This document shows positions 10,318 through 18,525 of a stretch of 64,000 nt of DNA, one piece after another. The position numbers and the translations under genes are program-made. Origin of the DNA: Gracilibacter sp. (GTDB taxonomy: Bacteria > Bacillota > Desulfitobacteriia > Desulfitobacteriales > Syntrophobotulaceae); NCBI GenBank assembly GCA_024637055.1, contig JAGXFZ010000088.1, positions 6,828 to 70,827 on the forward strand, read 5' to 3'. The notes below the pieces were generated by a model that was given only the letters and a program-made list of their open reading frames with translations, made no database searches and had not been told where the DNA came from. Numbering within the stretch: the stretch's first letter is position 1; each line of letters opens with the position of its first letter.

Positions 10318-10776
10318 ATGATTAATAAAAGTCGTGGATTTACTCTTATAGAAGTGATGTTGGTAGTTGTTATACTTTCTATATTGGCAGCGATTGCTGT
10401 TCCTAGATTAACTGCCAGTGCTGACATTGCTAGAGAAAAGGCTGATATAACTACTGGAAGAGAAGTAAAAGCTGCTTTGGATAGATTTCAAATTGAAAAA
10501 GGGTTATACCCTCGGATTGGGGAGATCAGTACTTCAAATGGTGAGGTAACAGGGCAAGGTTTCGTCCCTGAATATATAAAAAGATTGGATCCTACTATAA
10601 CCCAGCAGATTACAGAGGAAGTAAACAAGGGTTTTGGTATAGTAGAGATGGGTCAAGAACAGAGTTTTCCTGAACCTAGTAATCTGATAATGATATTCTT
10701 GACTAATGATGGTTCTGAAGCTGAGGTAAGGGTTTATAATAAATCATTAGCTGAAATCTTATGGTCATCAGAGTAA
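10318..10776 (+). CDS. pilA: type IV pilin (probable major pilin)
   Basis: Canonical signal SRG/FTLIEVMLVVVILSILAAIAVP. Confidence 0.75.
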   Translation: MINKSRGFTLIEVMLVVVILSILAAIAVPRLTASADIAREKADITTGREVKAALDRFQIEKGLYPRIGEISTSNGEVTGQGFVPEYIKRLDPTITQQITEEVNKGFGIVEMGQEQSFPEPSNLIMIFLTNDGSEAEVRVYNKSLAEILWSSE

Positions 10777-10800
10777 TAAATTGAGGAAGGTAATAAGAAG

Positions 10801-11559
10801 ATGTGGGTATTAAATATTCTAGCCTACGGAGTATTGGGATTGATTATAGGAAGTTTCCTTAATGTTGTGATACATCGATTGCCAATTGGACAGTCAGTGT
10901 CTACTCCTCGTTCTCATTGTCCCCAATGCGAACATGTTCTCAGCCCTTGGGAACTTATTCCGGTGGTCAGTTATCTCCTTTTAAAGGGAAAGTGTAGTCA
11001 GTGCAAGATGGATATCTCGTGGAGGTATCCCGGAGTGGAGATTCTTACAGGCGTACTTTTTATCCTTACCAGAATGCTACAGCCTAACCAGACAACGACA
11101 GGGATCGTGTTTGATCTGGTGTTCGTTTCCTTATTGGTGGCGTTAACCATGATAGATATAGACACTTTTCGGTTGCCTGATGTTTTGGTAGGCTATGTTG
11201 CAGCGACTGGTCTACTTAAAATAATTATAATGGCCGAACCAACTTTCTGGAGCGGTATAATCGGTGCTTTGGGAGCAGGTGGAGTATTCTTCCTCATAGC
11301 ATATTTCTATCCAGAGGGCATGGGTCTAGGAGATGTCAAGCTGGTGGCCGCTTTAGGGATTTATTTAGGATATCCCAGTATTTTTTATGCGATTTTCTTA
11401 GCTAGTCTTTTTGGAGTCTTTTTAGGTGGTATCAACTTTCTTTTGAGAAAGAAAAGCCTCAAAGACCCTATACCTTTTGGACCCTTTTTAGCAGGAGGTT
11501 CTCTAGTGGTTCTGTTAGGACAAGATTATTTTAGTGTTCTTTACGGATATCTGTTTTGA
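10801..11559 (+). CDS. pilD: prepilin peptidase (A24 family)
   Basis: CPQC...CSQC zinc motif, polytopic membrane protein, GLGDVKL active-site Asp region. Confidence 0.9.
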   Translation: MWVLNILAYGVLGLIIGSFLNVVIHRLPIGQSVSTPRSHCPQCEHVLSPWELIPVVSYLLLKGKCSQCKMDISWRYPGVEILTGVLFILTRMLQPNQTTTGIVFDLVFVSLLVALTMIDIDTFRLPDVLVGYVAATGLLKIIIMAEPTFWSGIIGALGAGGVFFLIAYFYPEGMGLGDVKLVAALGIYLGYPSIFYAIFLASLFGVFLGGINFLLRKKSLKDPIPFGPFLAGGSLVVLLGQDYFSVLYGYLF

Positions 11560-11575
11560 TGGGAGCAGAAGAAGG

Positions 11576-12913
11576 ATGTTAGATGAGAGGAAATCGGTTT
11601 TTATTGAGGTTTCTTCCAAAGAAGTGAGATTTCTCTATTGGGAGAAAATATTCTGGAGTAAAAATGCCAAACTAAATTTTTACACTTTCCCCTTGAATTC
11701 TCAGGATAACAGAAAGAATAAAGATGAATTGATAGAGGTGCTGACGGATTTTCGTAAGCGATATCTAGGCAATAAAAAAATCTCTACCTATTTGCTTATT
11801 CCTTTACAAATGGGTTTAATCAGAGAGTTTAAACTGCCATGGATTCCTAAGAAGAACAGGGAATCAGCAGTTGGTTATTATATCGAGCATGAGATACCAG
11901 TACCGTCCGGGGAACTTGTTTATTACTGCCAGGAATTAGAGGAAAAAGAAAATGAATACCTTAAAGTTAGGGTAAGTGCTGCCAGAAGAGAAAATATCTC
12001 TAAGTATGCTGGCTACCTTACCAACGCCGGGTACAGGCTAGAGGGTGTCGAATATGCAGTGAACTGCGTCGGTAAGGTTTTAGATATCTTAGGGGACAAA
12101 CGGGTTCTTGTTCTTCAGGAAATTGAAGAAGGTAGAGTTCAGCTAGCTTTATATAAAGGCTCAATGTTGGAAGTAATAAAAGAAGTAGACAGCGGGGAGA
12201 GAGATATCTCTAAAATTATGTTCTCGCTTCGTTGGCAAGATGGCGAGTTACCTATAGATATGGTATTAAGCGACGGGAGTATGGAAGCAGATAAGCAGGC
12301 TTCGTTATTACTGAAAAGTGGTTCGGTTAAGCACTATGAGCGAATACCTATCTATGATGATGATCAACTGGATATTTTGAAACTTCAGGGAGTCAAGGCA
12401 TATGCTACGTGCGGTTATCTTCTGAAGATTAAGAACGGTGAACAGACTAACTTATATAGCACCTTCCTCTTGCCTCTCAAGCTTAAAACTCTTGCTTTGA
12501 TGGGTGGATTATTTATAGCCATTATTCTCTTGTTAGGCACCATGATTTGGTACCCGCTATATGCAGACTATCTGAATTCCCAAACAACAATAACCGATTT
12601 TCAAACGAAGTTTGCCAAACTGGAATCTGAGCAGGGACAAGACATTATTGTAGAATGGAGAAAACTTCAAGACAAATCGTATCAGGATTTAGAACAATTA
12701 CATGAGGTTTTAAATTATGTTGATAAGGAAGTTACTTTAGTCCGCTTAAACTACCGACAAGATACTCTCTACCTCTGGGCTGAAGGTACTGATAACCGTT
12801 CTATTACGAAACTTACAGACAAACTGATGGCTGATGATTGGCGAGATCCACAGCTTATCAATTACAAATACTATCAAGATAACATATCCTTTTGTTTAAG
12901 TTTTAATAGATAA
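11576..12913 (+). CDS. pilM: PilM-like protein fused to a TM segment and a PilN-like C-terminal domain
   Basis: Position after pilD. Cytoplasmic N-terminal ~300 aa, then one TM (LALMGGLFIAIILLLGTMIWYPLY) and a ~110-aa tail. Start taken at the ATG at 11576. Confidence 0.55.
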   Translation: MLDERKSVFIEVSSKEVRFLYWEKIFWSKNAKLNFYTFPLNSQDNRKNKDELIEVLTDFRKRYLGNKKISTYLLIPLQMGLIREFKLPWIPKKNRESAVGYYIEHEIPVPSGELVYYCQELEEKENEYLKVRVSAARRENISKYAGYLTNAGYRLEGVEYAVNCVGKVLDILGDKRVLVLQEIEEGRVQLALYKGSMLEVIKEVDSGERDISKIMFSLRWQDGELPIDMVLSDGSMEADKQASLLLKSGSVKHYERIPIYDDDQLDILKLQGVKAYATCGYLLKIKNGEQTNLYSTFLLPLKLKTLALMGGLFIAIILLLGTMIWYPLYADYLNSQTTITDFQTKFAKLESEQGQDIIVEWRKLQDKSYQDLEQLHEVLNYVDKEVTLVRLNYRQDTLYLWAEGTDNRSITKLTDKLMADDWRDPQLINYKYYQDNISFCLSFNR

Positions 12914-12930
12914 GCAAAGGAGGATTAGGC

Positions 12931-13431
12931 TTGAAACCTAAGGATATAATAAATTCTATCTCACACCGTAGGATTGTATTTTTGAGCTTTATCCTATTCG
13001 TATTACTTATCTTGGTGATCTACTTGATATCTGTTATACCATTAGCTGAAAAATCGGAAACCACTAATCTAGAAGTAATCGCCTTACAGAATGATTTTAG
13101 TGGGCGGTTAGAGGAACAGGAAAATAGCAGGAAAGAGATTCCTGAAAGTTCTGAACTAGCCCAAGCTCTTGGGTTTGTTCAAGATTATCTTGAGGTGAAT
13201 GCAGTCACGGTAGAAAAAATCAATATTACTCAGCTATCAGCCCAAGAAAGTGCAGGGTTTAAGCAGGCCCTTATTAATATTAGAGTTAACGGAGATAATC
13301 CCAAGATACTTCGAACAATCGGAGAAATAGTCCGGGAGAATAGGTTTCCATTTATTGTTCAGGAAATAGATGTAGGAAAGACTACGGAGATTAGCTTGAA
13401 ACTCATATATAGAAATATCAAAGATACATAA
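12931..13431 (+). CDS. PilO-like pilus biogenesis protein
   Basis: N-terminal TM (IVFLSFILFVLLILVIYLISVI), about 165 aa, follows pilM/N. Confidence 0.45.
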   Translation: MKPKDIINSISHRRIVFLSFILFVLLILVIYLISVIPLAEKSETTNLEVIALQNDFSGRLEEQENSRKEIPESSELAQALGFVQDYLEVNAVTVEKINITQLSAQESAGFKQALINIRVNGDNPKILRTIGEIVRENRFPFIVQEIDVGKTTEISLKLIYRNIKDT

Positions 13432-13481
13432 GCAGCAGAGGAACGTGACAACCTTGCCTACCATAATTTGGTAAGGGAGGT

Positions 13482-13943
13482 GTGGGTATAGTGAATAATA
13501 AAGAATATGTCATAAAGAAGGGTGATAATTTTTTCTTGCTTGCCCAGCAAAACGGTTGTTGCTGGCAGGATTATGTAGCAGCTAATCCTGGAACTGATCC
13601 ATGTGCACTTCGAGTCGGACAAAAAATAGTTTCGCCAATAATTATCGAAGAACAAAAACAAACAGGTGGTTGTGCAGGATTCATAGGCGGTAAGGGTGCT
13701 GGTAATAATAGATGTGATGATGTTTTTCTGGAAGTAGAAGGCGTCAAATTTCGGGTGACCAGACAGGGAGAGCCAACAACACCCCATGAGGTACATTTAA
13801 TCATACCAAGGACAGAGATTAGAAAAGTAGAATCTCCTGTGAATGGTATTATCGAGACAACCATAATGCTTAGTAATGTAAATATAGTAAATTCACCAAG
13901 GTTTGAAGGAGAAGGTCGCACCGAAGTGCAGCAGAGTGAGTGA
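13482..13943 (+). CDS. LysM domain protein with an uncharacterised C-terminal domain
   Basis: N-terminal LysM signature (YVIKKGDNFFLLAQQNG...LRVGQKIV). The C-terminal ~90 aa are unrecognised. Confidence 0.65.
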   Translation: MGIVNNKEYVIKKGDNFFLLAQQNGCCWQDYVAANPGTDPCALRVGQKIVSPIIIEEQKQTGGCAGFIGGKGAGNNRCDDVFLEVEGVKFRVTRQGEPTTPHEVHLIIPRTEIRKVESPVNGIIETTIMLSNVNIVNSPRFEGEGRTEVQQSE

Positions 13944-13944
13944 T

Positions 13945-13999
13945 GGGGCAGACAAGGGGACAGGGACTTGTCTGCCCAAGTCCCTGTCCCCCCGTCTGC
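13945..13999 (+). repeat. GC-rich interleaved inverted repeats forming two mutually exclusive perfect hairpins
   Basis: 13946-13956 pairs perfectly with 13967-13977 (11 bp). 13957-13969 pairs perfectly with 13978-13990 (13 bp). The arms are interleaved and overlap by 3 nt. Confidence 0.7.
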
Positions 14000-14047
14000 T
14001 TTAATGATATAATTAGGTAAAAGTAAAATAAGTCAGAGGAGAGATAT

Positions 14048-14530
14048 ATGAGTAAAATTTATGTATTTCACGGTGTTAATCTTCATCTCCTGGGAGTAAG
14101 GGAACCGGAAATCTATGGTAGAACAAACTTAGAAGATCTTGATAAGAAACTAACTACCATGGGAAAGGAAAATGGTGCATTAGTAGAATGTCGCCAGACT
14201 AACCATGAAGGCGAAATGATTGATTGGGTAACTAGCTTGAAACCAACAGATTTTCTTATTTTAAACCCTGCAGCTTGGACCCATTCGAGTTATGCCCTCT
14301 TCGATGCCCTTAAGGGGGTACAGGTCCCTACTTTGGAAGTTCACCTATCTAATATTCATGCTCGGGAGAGTTTTCGTTCTAATTCCTTAATTACGGGTGC
14401 CTGCTTAGGTCAGATATCAGGATTAGGTACGGATAGCTACTTATTGGCTATGGCTTATGCCATAGAATTTCAGAAGCATGCACAGAATGAAGGAGTGAAA
14501 ACCACTGAGGCTACAAACGATTCGCTCTAA
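14048..14530 (+). CDS. aroQ: type II 3-dehydroquinate dehydratase
   Basis: GVNLHLLGVREPEIYG, QTNHEGEMIDW and HLSNIHARE motifs. Confidence 0.9.
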   Translation: MSKIYVFHGVNLHLLGVREPEIYGRTNLEDLDKKLTTMGKENGALVECRQTNHEGEMIDWVTSLKPTDFLILNPAAWTHSSYALFDALKGVQVPTLEVHLSNIHARESFRSNSLITGACLGQISGLGTDSYLLAMAYAIEFQKHAQNEGVKTTEATNDSL

Positions 14531-15559
14531 GCTTGCCGAACATAATGTAGATGCCTTGCTTGTTAGTTCTTGGTCCAATATTTTTTATCTAAGTGGATTT
14601 ACAGGGACGAGTGCACTACTTTTTATTACAGCTGAAAAGAGTATGCTGTTAACCGACTTCAGGTATATCGAACAAGCTAAAGAAGAAACTAGGGTTTTGA
14701 AATTGTTAGGATAGATAATTATCCCGATACAATTGCCAACCTTACTCAAGGACTTACAAGAATTGGTGTGGAAGAAGGGGAACTATCCTTAATCGAATTC
14801 CGTAGATTCCAAGGAGCTTTAAAGTCATGTGATTTAATAGATTCATCAAATATTTTAACTAAGATGAGACAGATTAAGGATGAATCTGAAATTGATATTA
14901 TTCGTAAGATAATTAGCATGACTGATCAGGCTTTTTCTCATATTCTAAAGGTTATTGAGCCTGGGATGACTGAAGTGGAAATTTCTTTGGAGTTAGAGTT
15001 TTCGTTAAGGAAGATGGGAGCTAGTGATCGGTCTTTTGATTATATCGTTGCTTCAGGTCAAAGATCGTCCTTGCCACATGGATTAGCATCGGAAAAGAAG
15101 CTGGAGAAAAGTGAATTGTTAACCCTCGATTTTGGTGGAAAATATAAAGGTTACTGTTCAGACCTGACAAGAACAGTTTCCTTGGGTCAGCCGGATGCTA
15201 AACAAAAAGAGATATATAATATCGTTCTTGAAGCTCAACAAGCTGGGATAGACGCTATAAAACCGGGATTGAGCGGACAAGAAGTTGATGCTAAAGCGAG
15301 AGAAGTGATTGTTAAAGCGGGTTATGGTGAGTACTTCGGCCATGGTTTGGGTCATGCTCTAGGCTTAGAAGTCCATGAGACTCCTCGTTTGAATACCAGG
15401 GAAACTCAAATTCTTCAGCCGGGGATGATTCTTACAGTGGAACCGGGAATATATATCCCAGGTTGGGGTGGGGTAAGAATCGAAGATGTGATACTAGTAA
15501 AGGATAATGGTCCAGAAGTCTTGACACAGGCGCCAAAGCAGTTCATTATTATTGATTAG
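14487..15559 (+). pseudogene. pepP: Xaa-Pro aminopeptidase (M24B, PepP/YqhT-like) disrupted by an early in-frame TGA and a 1-nt frameshift
   Basis: The creatinase-N-like domain (DALLVSSWSNIFYLSGFTGT...LTDFRYIEQAKEET) reads in one frame from 14499 to 14714. The catalytic domain reads in another frame from 14693 to 15559. The junction is at the GGG/TTTT run at 14692-14698. The ATG at 14487 is followed by a TGA at 14496. Confidence 0.75.
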
Positions 15560-15603
15560 AGAATTAATATATTCTTCCATCATTACATCAGGAGGATTGG
15601 AAC

Positions 15604-16161
15604 ATGATTTCATCAAATGAGTTTAAGACAGGTCTGACAATAGAAATTGACGGTGATATTTATCAAATTGTTGATTTCCAACATGTCAAGCCGGGGAAAG
15701 GTTCAGCTTTCGTTAGAACCAAGGTGAAGAATGTTAAAACAGGTTCCATCGTGGAGAGAAAGTTCAATGCCGGCGAAAAGTTTGCCAAAGCCCGTCTAGA
15801 TCGTCGCGAGATGCAGTATTTGTACAAGGATGGAGACCAATTTGTGGTCATGGATAATGAAAGCTTCGAACAGATTATGTTGACAGAAGCTCAGATTGGT
15901 AATGAGGTAAAGTGGCTGAAAGAGAATATGAATCTCGGTATTCTTGTCTATAATGAGGAGGTAATAGGTGTAGATATGCCTAATACCGTAGTCTTAAAAG
16001 TAGCTGAAACTGATCCAGGGATTCGTGGTGATACTGCTCAAGGCGGGACCAAAGCTGCTGTAGTTGAAACTGGGGCTACTGTCCAAGTTCCTTTCTTTAT
16101 TAATATAGATGATGAGCTTGTCATAGATACTAGAACCGGAGCGTATCTTTCCAGAGCGTAA
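15604..16161 (+). CDS. efp: elongation factor P
   Basis: The [13 protein letters not shown] loop and full-length similarity to EF-P. Confidence 0.95.
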   Translation: MISSNEFKTGLTIEIDGDIYQIVDFQHVKPGKGSAFVRTKVKNVKTGSIVERKFNAGEKFAKARLDRREMQYLYKDGDQFVVMDNESFEQIMLTEAQIGNEVKWLKENMNLGILVYNEEVIGVDMPNTVVLKVAETDPGIRGDTAQGGTKAAVVETGATVQVPFFINIDDELVIDTRTGAYLSRA

Positions 16162-16243
16162 AAAAGTCAAAAGCAGAGATACGTAGCAAAAAATAAGAAA
16201 AAACTACATACATGACCAGCTTATAATATAAGTAAACACATTT

Positions 16244-16272
16244 AAACGACCAATATTGGTCGTTTTTGTTTT
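16244..16272 (+). terminator. rho-independent terminator after efp
   Basis: aaacgacca-atat-tggtcgttt stem followed by TTTTGTTTT. Confidence 0.7.
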
Positions 16273-16330
16273 GCGGAAATAATTCTAAACAGAAAGAAAG
16301 GGACATACCTTCTAATACGGAGGATTAGAT

Positions 16331-17371
16331 ATGAATGTTAAAAAAGTTGCGCCAAGCATTGGATTCAGAGAAGAAAAAATAATTCGTTGGTTCGGAGAAC
16401 GTGTAAGCAGAATTCTTTGCAAGTCCTTTTCCTGGCTTGGTGGGCTGAATGAGGTGGAGGAAATCCGGCTTAGGATTAATCAACCTCTGATAGTCAGAAC
16501 AGGAAAAAGTGAGTTTTTCTTAACGCCTTCCGGCCAAAATGGATTACGAGAAAACGCCTACATCGTTAAAAAAGATGATCTAATCGAAGCTTTAGAAAGA
16601 ATGACCAATAGTTCTCTATATGCAGCTGAAGAAGAGTTGAGAAATGGATTTCTTACCTTACCTGGGGGACATCGCGTGGGGATCACCGGTGAAACCCTGG
16701 TGGAACATGGGTCAATAAGAACGCTACGTAATATCTCCGCTCTCAATACCCGTATTGCCAATGAACAAAACTCCAATTTAACAAGTTTACTTTCAGCTCT
16801 ATTGAATAAGCAGGAAAGGTTTTGCCATACTCTTGTAGTTTCTCCACCAAGGGCGGGAAAAACGACTTTACTCAGACAGTTGATAAAAAGCTTAAGTGAT
16901 GGAATCCCTAAGATAAGTTTGGCTGGACAGACTGTAGGTGTAGTCGATGAAAGAAGTGAAATAGCTGGGATGTGGCAAGGTATCCCCTCATTTGACCTAG
17001 GATGTCGAACGGATATTCTGGATAGATGCCCGAAAGCTCAGGGGATATCCATGCTTATCAGATCCATGTCACCAGCGGTCATAGCTGTGGATGAATTAGG
17101 TAGTCCGGATGATGCAGTAGCGGTAAGAGATGCAGTGCGTTGTGGGGTTCGTATTCTTGCAACGGCTCATGCTGGATCTTTAGAGGAACTGACACATAGA
17201 GCCTATATGCAAGGTTTACTCAAGGATAATACTTTTGAAAGGATTGTTGTTTTGAGTAGGTCGAAAGGTCCGGGAACCATAGAGTCCATCCATGATGGTA
17301 TAACCGGTTCAGACCTCTGGCCAAGTAGCAACAGGATAAATATCAAGATGAAAGCCTATAAGTCTAATTAA
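16331..17371 (+). CDS. spoIIIAA: stage III sporulation protein AA (AAA ATPase)
   Basis: Walker A SPPRAGKTTLLR. First of eight genes in spoIIIA order. Confidence 0.85.
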   Translation: MNVKKVAPSIGFREEKIIRWFGERVSRILCKSFSWLGGLNEVEEIRLRINQPLIVRTGKSEFFLTPSGQNGLRENAYIVKKDDLIEALERMTNSSLYAAEEELRNGFLTLPGGHRVGITGETLVEHGSIRTLRNISALNTRIANEQNSNLTSLLSALLNKQERFCHTLVVSPPRAGKTTLLRQLIKSLSDGIPKISLAGQTVGVVDERSEIAGMWQGIPSFDLGCRTDILDRCPKAQGISMLIRSMSPAVIAVDELGSPDDAVAVRDAVRCGVRILATAHAGSLEELTHRAYMQGLLKDNTFERIVVLSRSKGPGTIESIHDGITGSDLWPSSNRINIKMKAYKSN

Positions 17372-17386
17372 AAGAGAGGAAAGATT

Positions 17387-17896
17387 ATGCTCATAGCTGG
17401 ATATTTGGGACTGATAATAGGATTTGGTTGTTTAGGTTTATTTAAAGCCATGCAGATCAAAAGGCGCCCACAAGAAATTAGAGAGATGATCAATGCTCTA
17501 GCTTTATTAGATACGGAAATCTTTTGGGGTTCTACACCTTTGCCGGAGGCTTTCGCTATCCTTAAAGAAAGGGTAGAGTCGCCTTGGCAAACTTTTTTCT
17601 CACAATTGGAAACAAGTATACGAGATGGAGAGAATGCCGCTTCTGCTTGGAAAAGTACAATTGGTACTCAACGAAAAAAGTTTTCCCTGTTGGAGGATGA
17701 TTGGAAAATAATCGGCAGTCTAGGGAAGGGGCTGGGAAGATCAGACCGTAATGAACAGCATAAACAATTAGAACTTGTACAAAGACACTTAAATTCAGTA
17801 GCTGAAAGAGCTAGGGAAAATGCTGAAAGCAAAGCAAAGATGTGGTCGTACCTAGGCTTCTTAGGGGGTATGGCAATCGTCATCTTCATAATATAA
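17387..17896 (+). CDS. spoIIIAB: stage III sporulation protein AB
   Basis: Size, terminal TM helices and operon position. Confidence 0.8.
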   Translation: MLIAGYLGLIIGFGCLGLFKAMQIKRRPQEIREMINALALLDTEIFWGSTPLPEAFAILKERVESPWQTFFSQLETSIRDGENAASAWKSTIGTQRKKFSLLEDDWKIIGSLGKGLGRSDRNEQHKQLELVQRHLNSVAERARENAESKAKMWSYLGFLGGMAIVIFII

Positions 17897-17916
17897 GGAA
17901 AGGAAGGCAAAAGAGG

Positions 17917-18114
17917 ATGGGCTTTGATCTTATTATTAAAGTTGCGGGAATTGGATTGTTGGTGGCGATACTAGCCATAATTCTAACTGAAGCCGGCAAA
18001 AAAGAGCAGGCTCAGATGGTTACTATTACAGGAGTTATAGTCGTTTTATACATTGTAATTCAAGGATTAGCAGATTTATTTACTTTGGTTAAAAGCGTAT
18101 TTAACTTGTATTAG
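17917..18114 (+). CDS. spoIIIAC: stage III sporulation protein AC
   Basis: About 65-aa two-TM protein (MGFDLIIKVAGIGLLV...). Start taken at the internal ATG. Confidence 0.8.
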   Translation: MGFDLIIKVAGIGLLVAILAIILTEAGKKEQAQMVTITGVIVVLYIVIQGLADLFTLVKSVFNLY

Positions 18115-18125
18115 GGGGCTTAGTC

Positions 18126-18512
18126 GTGGAAATAGTACAAGTCATAGGTTTGGCTATTGTTGTAACAGTGATAGGAACAGTACTTAGACAAATCAAACCA
18201 GAGATGGCTATTCAGTTAAGCATAATTGCCGGAGTAGCTATTTTTCTGTTAATTATGGATAAAGTCAGGATTATCATTGACTTGATGCAGAAATTGGCTG
18301 ATCAGGCCAATATCAGTTCCTATTATCTCTTTATAATTCTAAAAGTAGTTGGGGTAGCTTATTTAGCCGAATTCGGTTGTCAGATTTGTAAGGATGCAGG
18401 AGAGAATGCTTTAGCAACTAAAGTAGAGATTGCAGCAAAAATATTTGTGATCATTTTAGCCATTCCTATAATAGTCGCAATCATGGAATCTATGATGAAG
18501 TTGTTGGCGTAA
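18126..18512 (+). CDS. spoIIIAD: stage III sporulation protein AD
   Basis: About 128-aa polytopic protein in the conserved position. Confidence 0.8.
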   Translation: MEIVQVIGLAIVVTVIGTVLRQIKPEMAIQLSIIAGVAIFLLIMDKVRIIIDLMQKLADQANISSYYLFIILKVVGVAYLAEFGCQICKDAGENALATKVEIAAKIFVIILAIPIIVAIMESMMKLLA

Positions 18513-18525
18513 GGGGAGATGCAAG

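Noticed and set aside
13458-13921. Minus-strand ORFs 13458-13796 and 13571-13921 antisense to the LysM gene. Similar antisense track ORFs occur at 19212-19601, 24601-25047, 29742-30089, 53797-54138 and elsewhere.
   Set aside because: All lie opposite well-supported genes, lack RBSs and have odd composition. They are typical shadow ORFs.
14496-14498. UGA recoding (Sec/Trp/Gly) to explain the in-frame TGA in pepP
   Set aside because: TGA clearly acts as a stop elsewhere in the window, for example at yqeG (2021-2023) and at 5403-5405. No SECIS-like context is evident. A lesion or sequencing error is simpler.
16270-16330. Sigma-E promoter for spoIIIA (CATACCTT as the -10)
   Set aside because: The -10-like CATACCTT is present, but the nearest ATA-type -35 is 22 nt away, outside the accepted spacing. 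Not supportable by eye.
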